64,000 nt of DNA from the NCBI GenBank assembly GCA_000934665.2, contig JYFJ02001408.1, positions 1 to 64,000 of the forward strand, written 5' to 3'. This stretch comes from Catajapyx aquilonaris (Eukaryota). A program made the position numbers and the translations under genes. Positions 14,101 to 27,700 of this stretch are shown in pieces. Each line of letters begins with the position of its first letter. Position 1 is the first letter of the stretch. The notes under the pieces are model-generated. The model ran no database searches, was not told the DNA's origin, and was given only the letters and a program-made list of their open reading frames with translations.

Positions 14101-17100
14101 GCGAACCCTGCGTGGGATTCAGGTCTGACCCTTGCACCTGACCCGTAAGTCACCTGCAATCAGGATGCAAAAAAATAGTGTACAACAACTCTCTCAAGTA
14201 GTGGAATAGACAATGTTTCGTAACACCAAGCGATGGTCTTCATCACTATGATTAACGTCAATTTGAAAGCAGACTGACTCAATCCTCGTTCCTGGGCGTT
14301 GCAGAGTGCTTTCTAATTACCGGCTAGATTTTTTTACAATTTTTTTTTATACATGTGTGTGTGTATGTGGGTGTGTGCTTTCCTGGGTGACGTCATGGTA
14401 GAACACAGCCATTAGTGATAGTCGCTTTTATGGAAAAGAAGGCCTGAGAGGGACGAGCATGAAAATCGCCGAGAAACGTTTCGGGATAGTAATAAACTGC
14501 TCTTGTGTCAGGAACTTAAACCTAGAGCGACGTGCGAGATATAATTTCTTAACGGGCCATAACACAAATTATGTGCACTAATTGCTCGTTCGAAAACGAG
14601 TCGAGGAAATATCGATCAAAAAATTGGCAGCGAAAGCGACGAGAATTACAAGTTTGGATCTTGATAGGTGGTTAATTAATTACCCTCGTTCATAAACATC
14701 GTTTGAAATTCCCCTCCACCTCCCTTAATTTTTTGGGGGGGTATTTTTTTAAAAATGCACGTGACTTTGTACATGGTATGCGGCAAAGCAGACACGTCCT
14801 TGCCGCTCGGGGAAACTTGTCACGTTTTTTCGTGGACTTGCGAAAGTGGCGTCGTTTCGCCAAATCAGCGACATAACAAGCAAGCAAAATATTTGTGCTG
14901 GCTCGACGCAAATTTAAGCTCTAATGTTAATTTTTCACTACTCACTCATGACGTATAACCTTCGCGACAGTTTTCTTTACGGAAATGGTCAATTTTCAAC
15001 GTTGGTCCGTTATACATTTATTTTCACCATAATCTACTGATGTGTGTTTAGGGTTGTCTTGTTTAAATTTCCTCTCGGCTGATTGGGGTCCTAACAATAG
15101 TTAGTGACAATATTAACTTCATTGTTGATAATTTAGAGATTACAACGGAACAATATTTCTGGTTGTGTGTCTCGAGTCTACATCCTATTTAATGTTAAAC
15201 AAACTATTTTTCTACGTAGATTCCGCCGCATATGTTCATTACTTAAGGCAAGCCTAATTAATGATGTACATATCACCCCCCTTCAAAAGTATACGTGCAA
15301 CAAATTGGCCTCGTCCACTCAAGACCACCTTTTCTCGTTACATTCCGTTACATTCTCCCCCCATCGTGTGAGAAAAAGGGGTTTTGCACCTTTCTAACAA
15401 GAGTCCCATCTCGCACCCGTCCCTGTACATATAAGAAAAGGTAGAAGGTGTGGTGGTGGGGTAGAAGGTGAGGTTTAGAAGAGGGGGGGTTGGAAAAAGG
15501 CCGCTAAAAACCGCCCTTCTTGTTTCCCAGCTGACGGGCGCGGACTAAAAGCAACGCCCGAAGACCTCAGATGATAGAGCGGCTAGGAATTAGAAGGGCC
15601 GGCGAACAAGTGACGTTTCCTCGCCCGCCTCCTTCCATTTTCAGAGGCCCCCATCCGACGGCCACACAAGGTGAAGGAGGCAAAATGACGTCACCTGGAA
15701 TTCTTTTTTTTCTTTCTTCTTCTTCTTTACCACCTCTCTACCCTGCTCCCCACTCACTGGCTTCTATCAGTTGGAAATTTTTGCCCTGAAGGCGTCGTTC
15801 ATTTCAGGCCCTCCCAAAGAGAGCTGGGGTCCAAAGCACGTGCTAGGATTTAAATGCGTGCATATGCATACGGGCGGTATGACCTACTATGCTTGGAGAG
15901 TACATCACTACTTTCTTCTAATCACCACCCAGCGCGCTGCTTTTGGCTTTTGAATAAGATGGCCGACGGGCATCAGGCCAGCTCACGCTCCTCCAATTTT
16001 CCTTCATTCTTGTTCCAGTAGGAAGGTAGGTGCCCCATTAAACCAAACGAGCACTCTGTTATCTCGCATTGGACATACCCCAATCTGGCAACGAGACCGC
16101 AATATCGATATGTCTTAAAATATCGAATCGAATGTGCACAGGCGATGGAAGTGTCGTAGGGTGAAGTGTGTCTGATTAATTTGAAACCATCCTGTTTAGA
16201 TGGATCCACCGCACGGAGGTGGGTCCCCCTCATCTCTCATCGGAATCGGACTTAACAAGCGTGGTTTGACGTCTAAATTGAAGTCACAGAGATGCTGCAT
16301 GGCGAAGGAGAAAACCCCCGAGGATTCACTTTGGGTACGTCTCGTTACAAAAGCCCTGGGAGTCCGCCTCATTGTTCTGCTTGGGGTTGGTGGGGGAGGC
16401 AAAATAATTTTGTTGTCAGGCTAACCGAAGAGAGAGGGGTCCATTGAGCGAGGCGGCTAAAGGCGACCACTTTATCACTTTTAGGAAGGACCCGCGGGGG
16501 CTCACTCGGGCCTGACAATGGCCCCGTCGCTCCCAAACCGCCGGTCACACTCCGATCCCATTCGGTATGGATGTCCCGGACTCTACTTGCACTTTGTTGG
16601 TGGCACCGGGAGCTCAATGGGAAGGAAGAAGAGGAGGATAATATTCCATTCACTGACCACCTTTTGCAGGAGGCGGTTATTGTAACACACCGGGTAAATG
16701 ATAGTCTCGAATATTCCGGGTGCAAATAAGGCCATTTATATCAGTAAAACGCGAGGTTTCTCTATACATACAGAAGCATATACACATGGCCATACCTTGA
16801 CCAGGAGAGGATTTCAGTTTGGCAAATATCCTGCCTGTTAGGTGATCCTTACAACCATTTGTGGCAACGAACCAGCAGGATACGTTTTATAATTTGCATC
16901 GTTTTTTATAGTGGTAACAATCCTTCCCATAAAAATCAGCATGACTCATACAGGGTAGTGCAAAAAGATTTCCTGCTCTGGTGAGTGTTGTTCCTTGCGA
17001 ATTTATTAAGCAAATTTTTCTACCTTGACACCGATACATCAGGGTGCCTAATAATAGAACTGACAACGTTCCGGGATGAAGTTCTTATTATGCCGGGTTG

Positions 17101-17833
17101 CTTCTAACATTTCAGGTGTGTCAGACCTTAAATAATTAATTACATTCTTGATATTGTTGACAGTCATTTCTTCCAGTTGTATCACACTAAAGGTGAATAC
17201 ATTATGGGAGTTTCTTCCATGTCAGAAACTGCGCTATTAAAAATCTTGACACTGCATTTGCACTGCTGAAGTCGTGCAATTCTTCCTTTCAGGATAATAA
17301 CAAGTTTTGAAAGGTTTGTGTACTTGAAAACCTCGCCTTATATCAGTATACCTCACTTAGACAGGCATGCCGGTATAGCCACCAGGAGCTCATGTATATA
17401 CTGATCGACCACGTACGACTACACCGAATACAGTCACACTCATACGTATATAGCTCGCCATAAATTTTATTACATGTGATGAGCTATTCTTATGGAGTTT
17501 AATATTGCAGGATGAGAAGTCATTTGATTTGTAAAGAGGCTGATCCTCTTCATTTGTTTGTCTGTAAATACATGACTTTTCATAACTGGCGAATAAATTT
17601 GATCATATTAGGCCCACTGGTGGCCTTTGAAACTTTTTCTGAAACTCTGGATTTGACCTCAGACAACGACTGTATAATTATAACAAAATGCATGTGTCAT
17701 TTTATGACTAGTTGCTGACGATAACCTGCAAAATGAATTTTTTATGACACTTCTCGGAAGCCACTGAAAAAATCCCCCCTGCTGTGAACCCTGGATATAG
17801 TGCAAATCTTTGTCTATCTAATGATATGTACAT

Positions 17834-18751
17834 CAGTAAAACTTCTATAAGTCGAACTTCCCTAAGTCGAAGTTCTCTATAAGTCGAAGAAAATGATGAG
17901 CTTGGTTGGTCATAATGTAAAATAATAGGAAATAAACTTCCCTAACTCGAAGTTCTCCATAACTGGAAGTGCAGGGAGGTCCTTTCGATGGGATGTCAAT
18001 GCATTTTCAGTCTCCCTAAGTCGAAGTTCATGTTGGCGAGTACGGAAAATTTTCTCATTTCCCAGCCGAAGGGTCGAGAGTATAGGCCACCTCAGCCCAC
18101 GGACACTACGGTTCCCTATCTTCTGGGCTTATCACCTGCCGAGGGGTTTTGCAGCGGTTGCTCACCTGAGACCGCCACGAGACATTTCCCAGAGCATATA
18201 TGTGGCGACACTACCGGACTAAGGCTGAACTTTATAGGTACGAAAGGGGAGGGCTACATTGGGGGGCCCAACATGGCCGCCGGCGGCCATGTTGGGCCAG
18301 CATGTAGCGCTTCCCTTTCGTACCTATAAAGTTCAGCCTTAGTCCGGTAGGGTCGCCACATGATAGCTCTGGGAAATGTCTCGTGGCGGTCTCAGGTGAG
18401 CACCCGCTGCAAAACCCCTCGGCAGGGGGTGGGTGGGGAGTGACCTAACCTGAGTCTTCTACAACCATGGGCCACATGTACGGAAAGGCTCAATTTCCTG
18501 ATCTCCGTCTACCAGACGCACCGAAAGAAGTGTTTGACTCGATTGTGACAATTGAATCCTTTTGAATCTATATCTAAGAGTAGGCAAATGTCCATAACGG
18601 ACATTTTTTTACAACGAAACAACGAGGAACATTGTAAGTGTGATAGTGACAGCTATTTTTAAGTTTTGAACACCTTTCGTCGCTGGATATGAAGGTAGGC
18701 TTCCATATATAGAGTTATGTGCTTAAAAAATTCCAAACTTCTATAACTCGA
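17834..18751 (+). mobile_element. Truncated non-autonomous pogo/Tigger-like (Tc1/mariner superfamily) element nested in the foldback arm
   Basis: Starts CAGTAAAACTTCTATAAGTCGAA, a pogo-like CAGT terminal repeat. The subterminal motif ct(at/cc)taa(g/c)tcgaa recurs at about 17839-17890, 17935-17970, 18011-18030 and 18735-18752. There is no inverted right terminus and no transposase ORF. The family assignment is from recalled TIR consensus only. Confidence 0.55.
18135..18426. repeat. 292-bp near-perfect palindrome with no spacer (hairpin element)
   Basis: Arms 18135-18281 and 18282-18426 are reverse complements with only a few mismatches and a small indel. The centre is ggcccaacatggccgcc|ggcggccatgttgggcc and the ends are cctgccgagggg...cccctcggcagg. 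Confidence 0.95.
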
Positions 18752-21700
18752 AGAAATCGCCTTTTGTGTAATCATATAATTAAGTTAATTGCACACCTCA
18801 GTTTTCTCGGCCGTTTATAATCCGAATTACTTCGGGAATGTATCGACGGCAAGGCACAAATGTGCGTGATAAACTTACACCGTGTTCTATTACATTAAAA
18901 ATTTCAAACGTAATTAAAAGTATCTCCGTCTATTCCCGCCAGAAAGATTAGGGCTGGGTATATAGGCCTACTTGTCTATTAAACTTCCTAAACAATACTT
19001 TAAAAAAAATTGTAATAGAGCACGGTGTAAGTTTATCACGCACATTTCTGGCATGCCGTCGATACATTCACGAAGTAATTAATTCGGATTATAAACGACC
19101 GGGATAACTAAGGTGTGCAATTAACGTAATTATGATTACACAAATGGCGATTTCTAAGTTTCAAATATATCATTAGATAGACGGCAAAGATTTCCACTAT
19201 CCAGGGTTCACAGGGGGAATTTTTTGGCCTCCGAGAAATGCCATAAAAAATTCATTTTGCGGGGTAACGTCGGCAACTAGTCAAAAAATGACACCTTTCC
19301 GTGTTCTTCTTGCGATAAACAATTATTACACAATGAAGATTGGTAAACAACTCGCATATAATTATGCTACGTAGATGTAAACAAGCTTTCTAACGATGTG
19401 TAACGTTATTTTTTGAACCATTTTCCTGAGAGGTATTTCGAGTCAAACACAGGGGACAGTATTTTAAAAAATTGATATAGAATTATGGTTCATATTATTT
19501 CTACCACAGTCACGGGTCAATTCAACCCAATCACGGTCATTCACACATGGAATTTTTATTCTCCTGAATAATAATTGTTTTTTTATTATTATTTCATTAC
19601 AGTGACGTGTAATTTTATACATAAGTTATGATAATACCCACTACAATATATTATTACTTAATTGAGAGAGGGAGAGAGAAATAATTGCTAATTGCACATA
19701 GATTCACATGCATCTACCTCAGTATAACAACAAATCAGTAATAAAAATGATCATGTCACAAGTTTCATAATAGTTTAGGTTACTGTTGGCTGTTATAGAC
19801 GCATAAAAATTAGGTACAGAATAGGTGCTAGCCAGCATACAGAAATAGCCTCCATTACATACGACTTGGAATAAATCATTACAATCATTTGTCATAGTCC
19901 GCAGCCTTCCTCGTCCGCGTCCTGTGTGTAACCCATATAAGATGGCCCCGCCGCATCTCTATAGCACGTAAATATAGCCTAGCACGTGTGGTGCACGGCC
20001 CCTTTGAAGACAAACTATATACACCGAACACGAGATAGGCGCTGAAGTGCTGCACACTCGACCAATTTGTCCCTTTATCAAAGCCCAACACTTACTCCGC
20101 GCTAAAAACGCCGCATTGTTGCACCTAACACATGTTTGTGCCTGGGGGATAATACAGTATAAAGAGCTTATTTTCTAATGTGATAAATTTACATTGTTTA
20201 GTATCAGCTGCAAATATTTTTATTTCTGATGCCTCCACAAAAATGACGTGTGGGTGCCCCTTAGACACGCGCGGCCTGCATCTTATTCTGCAGTTCTGAC
20301 TCACCCTGTGTGTATACGCAAAGGAGCGTTGTGTCGTCATGCATGGTGTTGTAGGGCTGGAGCAGATGATGGGGGTTTGCCTGAGAGAGATGATGGGGCA
20401 GGAATGTTGTGTTGTTTAGTGGGGGGGATGACGATGATGAGGCGGCGATGTGTGCTCATTGGCTGCAGCCACCTTCTTTGATCTTCACCGCTCTTAAAGA
20501 CGGGCGGGGATCACGGACCAGGTTTCGTTTGCTCTCGTGGGTTGGAATGGCCCTGCATACACACACACAAAAAAAAGAAAAGAGAATAAAAAAGGGGTGA
20601 AAAAAAACTTCCTAACTCGACTCTGTAGATTGCTCAAGCACGGTTACTTGCACGTGTGTCACTGCAATCACCCAAACAGCCCCAGCAATATATAGCTGGG
20701 GCGACACAAATATTGCTCAATATACCAATTGCTGCACTCTTGTCTTCCGACTGTATAGGAGGGGGGAAATTTGAAATAAATCTTTGTGATTGCATGTGCG
20801 AGGGAATTTTTTTGGTGTTCGGTATAGCACGATCGCATCCAACCCATTATTGCCACAGCATGATGCGATTATAAAAATCCAAGTCGCCACATGTATGGAG
20901 TGATTTTTTTCAAATAACTTTGGACACCAATTTTTTTCTCCAAATAGCAAACAATTGGTTGACCTGTGTCAAAAGGTTACTTGTGCATTTCCTATAACAA
21001 TATGCAGCCCATCATGCATTGCTGAGATGTGAGCGCGTGATGGGATTACTTATTTTTATCTTTATTTTTACAGCCTCGTTTTTTTTAAAATGCATGGCTC
21101 ATGCATATATTGCTATAAGGACTCATCCCCAGAGAAGATCCCCAAACGCGCGGCACCTGCAATTGGAGGTGCCATAAACTCCTTATCAGACCAGCTGAGA
21201 TATGGCACCACACAATGCGGCTGCATTTTTTGTGTGCTGTGGAAGGGAGAGTAGAGACGATAGGTGGTTTTGCGCATGCCGAGCACTCCCATACTTAAAA
21301 TTATGCTCTTAATTGGCTGCCTTGTCACTGTGCTCTTGTCGGTCACGCCTGTTAAGCCACTTTACAAAAAAAAAGTGAGTCCAAGGCATGTATCCAACTG
21401 ACTCCGATTCTCTTTTTTTTCCCTGCGTATAAGTTATGCGCACCTGAAAACAGGAATGAAATGTGCAGATTAAGATACAGCCGGGCCAGGGCTCGTATAC
21501 ACTTCAAGTGGTCTCCGAAATGCGTGCACATTGCACCTATAAAGATAAAAAAAAACGGCAAGCAGTAACCGCAATCTTGCCCCAGGGTGACGAAGATCAT
21601 AAACGGACCGCAACTCGGCCCATAACTTATGCGGAAATTAATTATCCCCCTTTAAAAAGGGGTCGGAGCCGCAATGGGCCCCGGCAAAGGGTGATAAAGC

Positions 21701-24700
21701 CCACTCGCTACACATCAAGAATCAGTTTGTGAAAAATGAATATCACGCCGAAATTCACACTTAGTTGACATCACGCAAACCCTGCTCAGCTCAATCAATA
21801 ATATTCTGCTGCATTTATAATGATTCATGAAATATCATGGGTTATAAAATATTGTTTTATAGATGTAGTTATACGAGCGTAAAAGTAAATAAAATGCATA
21901 TTTCTAATCTACTAACACACTCTCTACAGTCTACACTATATTTGAATCATTGTTTTTGAGACAGCCTTTTAAAAGTCCGCTAAGCATCGATAAGGTTTCC
22001 TCCTTGGTAGGCCATTTCCTGATCTTTGGACTGTGTTAACCCGATATTTTAACATATAGTTCAAGCAAGTTGCAAATGGATAACATTTGTGATATTTTTT
22101 GGGAGTCCAATTCACTCAAATTGTGGCTGTACAACAATATGCTGGTCGCGGGTGAGTGATTTCCACTCCACTTCCTTCCTAAATTAAACAATTATTTTCT
22201 GTCACACTTGGATGACAATAAAAAATGTTCTAATTGAAACTGTGTGTAGGCCCACACCATTATTATCGCAGGTATCGCCAATATTTAGAAGAAAATATGT
22301 TTTTAGGCACATATTACTGCCATCACGACCCCCTGCACTTTCCTGCTATAAGTTTTTAGGAGCATCTGCCTCAGCGCAGGGGACAAGTCTTAGGTTCATA
22401 AAAAGGGTGTGGTGGTTGGTGGTGGAAAAAGAGAGTATCGTTTGGCATCCTGCACGCGGCCGCTCTTCATATACGTACATATATACCATCCCCTCCCGGC
22501 AGCCTCCTTTGTCGGCCTGGGAACACACAAAAGAAGCCGACGGCATTGCTGCCTTCCCGGGGAGATTTCGGATGCTGCTGCTGCTGCTGCGGTTTCGCCA
22601 GCCAGCCAAAGAATGCAGACGCACACTCTAAGGGATTAGTTGCGACCGGACCTGGCCACACCACTTCTCATGATATGCTCATGCTGATGATGGAGAGAGA
22701 GAGAATATATATGGACAGCATCACGCTGGATGGAAATTGCATGTGTATAGCAAGGGATGCTGCAGCCTCCGACAACACAGATGAGGGGAAAATTCTTGCG
22801 CAGTTTGACCGTGTCCACTTTCGTACATAATTGCCAGGATATTAAGAAGCCGATGGTCTAATAATAAATTATTCCTTATTGCGTTATTATTACATGCGAA
22901 TATAGTCGATATACTGTACTACCGCTAACAGCTCTGTATGCACTGCTATACGTATATATTACGTACTCGTATATAAATGTTGCGAGACAGGCCCTCACGT
23001 GAGAACACTACCCGGTGGTCTAGCAAAATACTGACTTTCCGAGTATAAAGTCAGGTGAACCTGTAGATTGGAAGACACGCATACATGTCTTCGAATGGAA
23101 GCGGCTCCTAATAGAGCATTTAATAATATAATCAAACGCACATAAGTATGCGCAGCGAGCCATACTTCCGTGATGGGTGATCGAAGAGCAACAGCCCAAC
23201 TTTCAGAGGCCCCATTACACAATGACTGATCCGCACTGTAATTATATTCCCCCCACAATGAGCCTCTGGACACAGCAGCATCACGTACACACATCCAGGG
23301 ATGGAAATAAGAGGTGATGGGGGTTGGTCTGGTCCTGTCGCGCATCCATCAGCAGCCATTTTTCCAGAACTTGCTCTATTCTTGAAGGATAATCAATCCC
23401 TTGCTGGGACTCGCCAACATGCAATCATGTAACACCAATTGAGACGTTGACCTGGCAAAACTGTACGAAAAGCTCACCCGCGTGTGGCCAATGCGCGCAA
23501 AAATTTTCGAGAGAGGTGAAAGTACAAGAGCGGGTTATAATATGTCGTGGAAACACCCGGGCCGGTGTTTTACACCATTATAATTTAATTTATAAACGAC
23601 AGCTACACTTCTGGGGGTGCGATAATAACTATCCGGATTGGTTTCTTTAAAACTCCCAAGGTGAAACCATTTTCAGAGAATGTACGACCAACATAACTGG
23701 TTTCATAAATTAAGGGAGCCCTCCAATCATCCTCCCCCAAAACACCGGCGGGATCTTTTGTGTGGAAGCCACCTACATCGAACAACACGTGTGTGTGTGT
23801 GTGTAACCTTTTCTCCTAAATTCCAGCCAATCGGGAGGCTCCGGTCGAATCTGAAAAAGTCAAACTGTCCGTCATCGATCTGTCACTTTAATTATTCGGA
23901 CTCTGCTGGTTGAGGACAAGAGCAACAGGGATCAAAGTTTAATGGTTTTCATGAACTTCCCCGCAGCACAAGCAAATGCTGAAAACACCCTCATGTTTAA
24001 TGCATCGCTAATCATACGGGGCGGAAAACAAGTGGCAGTGTCCGGGTTTCTCTCTCACAAGGTGAACATCAAAAGCAGCAGGATGAAGATGTCCTTTCTG
24101 ATTACAACACTCATTACCACCACCGGCAGAAAGATAATTAGGCAGCTTCTGTGTGCTGCTGTGGTGCAAATGGCTCCGTCACCTGCGCATTTCTTACGCA
24201 TGTCTACATCTTCTTAAAAAAATTAAGACCCTCTGGCTAATCATTTGGCGTAATTAACAGACCTTTCTGAGTGACCGCTTCCTTCAGTGCCGGGTGACAT
24301 TCTCCGGGTGTCCTTTTTTTCGGGGTGAAATGGTATCCCCTGGAAGCCTCGTCAGTCAGTACCCATTACTTAAGAAGAGGGGTGGTCCAGGCTTCAACAC
24401 TGCTGGCCTCTAACTTATGAGGTTGGGGACGAGGGACATGTCGTTTGTCCTGCTTCGATGGTGAGGGGGAGACCTGCTGGTGATGGGTGACCCTCCGACA
24501 CAAGAGGGGGGGGGGGGAAGACCACCGGGGTTTTTCTAACGGATTCGACGCCCTGCGATTGTTACGAATTTGTATGTGAGTTCATTAGAGGCTAAAGTAC
24601 GCTAACAGCTGACGAAGAATAAAGGGGCTCATCCACTTAGGACCTATTATGAGGGAATATAATATTTTGTGACGCACATTACTCTGCAAGATATTTTTTA

Positions 24701-27700
24701 CTGAATTGACAACCGGCATTTGTAAGCTGCTGAAATGACGTGAGAAATACAGCGTTTGGTTCAGACACGAACATTGTTTACTTCTAGAAATTGTAATGTT
24801 TATGCTATACATAACATGTCAACAAGAAAGAAATTGCGCGTGAACTGACACCGATACACATTTGTTGAACACTCGTTTTAAAAAATCTTAATAGTGAATT
24901 TTCCTAATGCTGGGTAACTGAATATTTTGTTTTTTGTTTTGCTTCAATAGGCCCTGCATAAGTTTTTATAAAAGTTGGCATTTTCCAGGCAATATTATTA
25001 GCCGGCTACTACATACACATAGGCCTACGTATTAGTCTACCCGCAACATGCACTTGAACGACTTGAATATACACTCGAATGGTTTAGGCAATCCCTCGAG
25101 GGGTTAGAATTGTATGAGGAAAATCACATATTCAACAAATATTATTTCGCATTTTATCGCAGCATGAGAGAGTAATAATGTAATTTATTATTTATTATTT
25201 CTTGCAATATTTACTTGGGGTATTGTTAGCCTGCATTGTAATCATTACTAAGTTTATCAGTTATTTAATGAAAATTATTGGTAGAAAATATCAAATATGT
25301 TACATTATTATACTCTTTACTCCTGTCTGAAGCTGCTGTCTGGGATAAATATTGTAATTTTAAACGTTGTCAGCAATTAACAATTGACACGACTAAATTA
25401 TGCCTGGTTTTCATATAGAATAAACCGAAATTATTATAGCCCCTTCTCAGCTTTTATAACTTAATACAGGTACGCATTTTGAATGGAATTTGATGCATGA
25501 TGTTTATGATCAAACAAATGCCTCTATAGGATTTGGACCTCCTAAATGCATAGCTACTTATTTTTTTACATGCAGCCAACCAAATTTTAGCAATTCTGCA
25601 TTTGCAAGTAAATCTATATGACAAAGTCACAAAATAATAGACGTCTCGATACGTTAATGCCCAAAATAAATGTCACAAATCTGTCATTCACAGCCTTCAA
25701 TAATATTGCATTTTTTTGTTCCTTTCACTAGAATACTGTACACGCGTATGCAGTATTTTCAACAAGCATACATTGTAGCAGCATGTTGCACAAGTCATGC
25801 ATCAGCAGCAAGGTGAATCAACATAATGGCGCCTCGGGTCGCAATAAGGTTTTCAAGCTCGGTTTCGCATGGGTAAGCAATTTTTTTTTAAATCCGCCTA
25901 CTCAGTTGGGACAATAAAAACCATTTTCCCTTCCAGCTTCCTGATAACATCCTAAGCCTATATAATTTGCGATTGGAAAGGTGGGTGGAGGTAGCTTTAC
26001 AACACAATAACATTAAATCCCAATTATTACTCTCTTCCCTTCACATCAGAATTAACCCAGCAGAAAAGTTTATCACTGCATGAAAACCACCCATCTTTTT
26101 TTTGTGTGTGTGGGTCTCCCATGATGCTTGGTTTCGTGTATATATAGACGCCGAAGCCATCTTGGTTAGCTTTGTTTATGGGAAGGCTTGGGATAAGGAG
26201 GCCTGGCCAGTGTAGCCTGCGAGTTTGGTCCAATATTGATGAGGTCGACGACAGAGACGGGCTCACTTCCGGAGACCTGTGGCTTTTCGAGAGAGGGTGA
26301 TGGGGGTGATGGTCGGGGTCCAAAACTGGCCAAGAAATCGACTGTGTACATGCAGCCAGCAAAAGGGGGAAACGGGATTTCCGCACACTCGTATCCTTAC
26401 ACACACATGATCAGACGTGATAAAACTGACAAATTCCGAGCAGCTAGAGTCGCGGGGGCAAAAAAAATCGCATATGTTCATCACACACCGTCTGTTGATG
26501 ATGGACTAGGCATCAAGATGGTGCAGGTAGGTTTGCAGAGAGAACCTCTTTGAGAAAAAACCTGGGCACGCCGGGTATCTCACTAATGTGAATAAGACTA
26601 TTTAACTTCCGCGTTACCTTTTTTCCCAATGGGTTTACCGGCATGTGTCCGATTGCTGCATGTTGAATGCTGACATGTGAGTGACGCCAAAAAGGAGCGT
26701 GTGGGCGTCCATTTTATATATGTTAACTTTTTTGTTGTTGTGTGTAACCCTTTTTCTTCATCCAGTCTGCCCGATTGTTTCAGCCTCGCATGACAAACAC
26801 ACTCTTCCAGCAGAGCCTTCAACCCAGGGGAACCAACCCTGACCATTGGCTCAAGACCAAAAATACTCCAGATCTTTATCCCTGTTACTTACACCTAATT
26901 GGAACAGGGTACGAGATTTCGGCCCCTTTGACTCACTGATTTTGTTTGTTCGTGCCACTTCGCTTATACGCAAAGTTGAGAAACGAAAAGTACACACGTC
27001 CAGATTCGATCCCGATTATATGTAAAAAGGGGTTGCAAGTTGATCAGCCTGAATATGAAGAGAAAGGTACAAGAGAGAAAGGTCAAGTGGGAAACTTGCC
27101 ATAATCAATGACTCTTAATCGACACCTGTCTTGTTTTATTAATACGGCCCCTTGACGCCTGGATGTTGTCAATGCTAAATGATGACAGCATCTGAAGGGT
27201 GATCAATGGGAAGGGATTCAGGGGCCTTGATGTCTGATGATGATGCACCAAGCCAGAGCTGACTTGGTTCAAACTCGAAGCATTAATCAATCACTTTTGC
27301 TGCATGGGACCTCGCAATTATTTCTGCTGTCGTTTGAAAAATTGCACTCATATAAAAATTACAAAGTTAATAAATTTATCTTCGTGATTATTATTAGTCC
27401 AGTTTTTTACTCCCAGGTGTCTCGTCACACGCGTAAATATTACATACCACAGCTATACTCTTGCGCTGACTAAAAATGTGCCCTCTCACTTCTTCATTTC
27501 CACTTAGTTAGAGACCTTTCCAAAGCAGCTCTATAAATAGGCCTCTCTTACGAGTAGGGCCTGCTGCTGACACCCTGGAACCTCCGCCGTCAGTTGATCC
27601 CGACAAAGGCTCGTAATTAGCCACGGATCCAGAAAATGAACCTGATGCTATTGAGTCCAGGGGCTTGCTGCTGCCTGTCTCCAGACAGCTAATTTTGTAT

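Larger units (their letters stand above)
17694..19294. mobile_element. Foldback/MITE-like element with long diverged inverted arms; left arm split by a ~0.92-kb insertion
   Basis: 17694-17827 is the reverse complement of 19167-19294, and 18752-18894 is the reverse complement of 19011-19155. The right arm is contiguous (19011-19294). The left arm is interrupted by 17828-18751, and the central spacer is 18895-19010. No target-site duplication was recognised. Confidence 0.8.

Noticed and set aside
17834..18030. Short spaced repeats (…taagtcgaag…) as a CRISPR-like array
   Set aside because: Eukaryotic context, irregular spacing, degenerate units and no cas genes; better explained as transposon subterminal repeats.
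17988..18329. 113-aa ORF in the nested element as a possible transposase fragment
   Set aside because: No DDE or HTH signature, and it lies mostly within the palindrome arm.
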